Positions 62,641 to 64,000 of a stretch of 64,000 nucleotides of DNA are shown piece after piece. Origin of the DNA: Nitrospirota bacterium (lineage in GTDB: Bacteria; Nitrospirota; UBA9217); the NCBI GenBank assembly GCA_963754875.1, contig CAVWHO010000010.1, forward strand, positions 128,001-192,000. Reading direction: 5' to 3'. The notes beneath the pieces were generated by a model. That model saw only the letters and a program-made list of their open reading frames with translations, was not told the origin of the DNA and did not search any database. Made by a program: the position numbers and the translations under genes. How positions within the stretch are numbered: the first letter of the stretch is position 1; every line of letters starts with the position of its first letter.

Positions 62641-64000
62641 ATGCAAGAGAATGATCAGGTCTTCGACATTATCATTATTGGCGGCGGCATCACCGGCGCA
62701 GGCGTTGCGCGTGATGCAGCGTTGCGCGGTCTCACGTGCCTGCTGCTCGAAAAAGGGGATTTTGCGTCGGGGGTAACGTCGAAATCGACCCGCTTGATCC
62801 ACGGTGGGCTTCGCTACCTCGCCAATTTCGAGATAGACCTGGTCGCGGAGTCGCTTCGAGAACGGGCCATCCTCCGCAGACAGGCGCCTTACCTCATTCA
62901 CCCCATCCCGATTTTAATTCCCATCTACAAGGAAGATCCGCATGGAAGAGCAGTGATTTCCATGGGGATCCACCTTTACGATCTGCTTTCACATGACAAA
63001 GATATCCCCCGTTATTTTACCTCCAACAGAGAAAAAACACTCCGATTCGAGCCGCGCCTGAACCAGGAAGGTCTTGCGGGCAGCGCCTTGTTTTACGACC
63101 ACCAGATCCTGATGCCCGAACGGCTTGTGCTCGAGAATGTGACTTCTGCGAGAATGGCCGGGGCTAAACTTTTGAATTACATCAAGGCCGAGAAGATCGA
63201 AGAAGCGAATGACAGCATTGTCGTGACTGCCAGGGGCACGCTTTCGGGAACGAAACATATCTATCGTTCAAAAGTCCTGATCAACGCTGCAGGGCCCTGG
63301 ATCGATGCCGTAAGGCAGGCGGGAAAAATCGATCAGCGAAAGATCATCTACCCAACGAAAGGCATCCATATCGTGATGCCAAAACTCAGTGATCAGGCGC
63401 TGTTCGTGACTTCACGAGACGAACGGATGTTCTTCATTATTCCCTTCGGTGGATATTCCCTCATCGGAACAACGGACACCAAATACGACGGGGACCTGGA
63501 TGAGGTCCACGCAGACGGGAAGGACATTGATTATCTGCTCACCGAAAGCAAACGCATATTGCCTCGCCTGAATATCACGCGCGAAGCGATCCTGTATACC
63601 TATGCGGGCATCAGGCCTCTGGCGTTTTCAGGCACGAGCGAATCAAAAATATCCCGGAAGCACAGGATCATCAAAGAAGGCAGGTCCGGAAGAATCATTA
63701 CCATCGCCGGCGGGAAACTTACGACCTACCGCAATATGGCGAAGGATGTAGTCGATGCAGCATGCAATGCCCTCGGTATTAGGGCGGAATGTACTACCGA
63801 CCGAAAACCTCTGGCAGGCAGCTTGCCTTTAGATCATGATCTCTATTTGAAAGAAGCGGTGCCGGAGTTGTCATCCCGCTTTGACGTTTCGCATGAACTG
63901 GTACATCATCTGATCAGTCTCTACGGTTCGAGGACAGAGCGGGTGCTCGAACTCGTGAAAACCAATACGGTTTTGGGAGAAACGATATCCCGGGAAAGCC
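62641..64000 (+). CDS. glpD: FAD-dependent glycerol-3-phosphate dehydrogenase, runs off the window end
   Basis: FDIIIIGGGITGAGVARDAALRG, DFASGVTSKSTRLIHGGLRYL, INAAGPW, IGTTD, YAGIRPL and GGKLTTYR. Confidence 0.93.
   Translation, partial: MQENDQVFDIIIIGGGITGAGVARDAALRGLTCLLLEKGDFASGVTSKSTRLIHGGLRYLANFEIDLVAESLRERAILRRQAPYLIHPIPILIPIYKEDPHGRAVISMGIHLYDLLSHDKDIPRYFTSNREKTLRFEPRLNQEGLAGSALFYDHQILMPERLVLENVTSARMAGAKLLNYIKAEKIEEANDSIVVTARGTLSGTKHIYRSKVLINAAGPWIDAVRQAGKIDQRKIIYPTKGIHIVMPKLSDQALFVTSRDERMFFIIPFGGYSLIGTTDTKYDGDLDEVHADGKDIDYLLTESKRILPRLNITREAILYTYAGIRPLAFSGTSESKISRKHRIIKEGRSGRIITIAGGKLTTYRNMAKDVVDAACNALGIRAECTTDRKPLAGSLPLDHDLYLKEAVPELSSRFDVSHELVHHLISLYGSRTERVLELVKTNTVLGETISRES

Noticed and set aside
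1..64000. CRISPR arrays, tRNA/rRNA genes, defence systems and long antisense ORFs from the track
   Set aside because: No regularly spaced repeats or RNA gene signatures were recognised by eye. The antisense ORFs shadow well-supported genes.

Overview
Bacterial chromosomal window, probably from a Nitrospirota or deltaproteobacteria-like genome or MAG (inferred from gene content and order, not from a search). About 1-40 kb is mostly housekeeping and envelope genes: glnD, tamB, polA, a ComFB / GAF-GGDEF / OmpA-like cluster, aspartate aminotransferase, a CbiMQO ECF transporter and a GAF-PAS membrane sensor. These are followed by lptCAB-rpoN-hpf-ptsN-hprK-rapZ, a complete mannose-family PTS, cobD, alr, mlaEFD, galU, lon and thiL. 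About 40-60.5 kb is a two-armed convergent glycan locus. The plus arm carries GT2s, DUF2304, a TPR-less TMTC-like GT-C protein and a GT4. The minus arm carries a wHTH regulator, fcl, a CDP-3-C-methyl-6-deoxyhexose pathway, wzx, a methyltransferase, GTs and gmd. The arms meet at an FkbM-pseudogene/IS-remnant chimera. The window ends with patatin, GDPD and glpD. Many conserved genes carry single-base frameshifts that are most likely sequencing or assembly indels. No rRNA, tRNA or CRISPR array was recognised. The best novelty candidates are (i) a sigma54-driven ComFB c-di-GMP receptor convergent with an OmpA-like/diguanylate cyclase pair and (ii) a bacterial TMTC-like glycosylation module. All family calls come from motif recognition by eye; no database searches were run.
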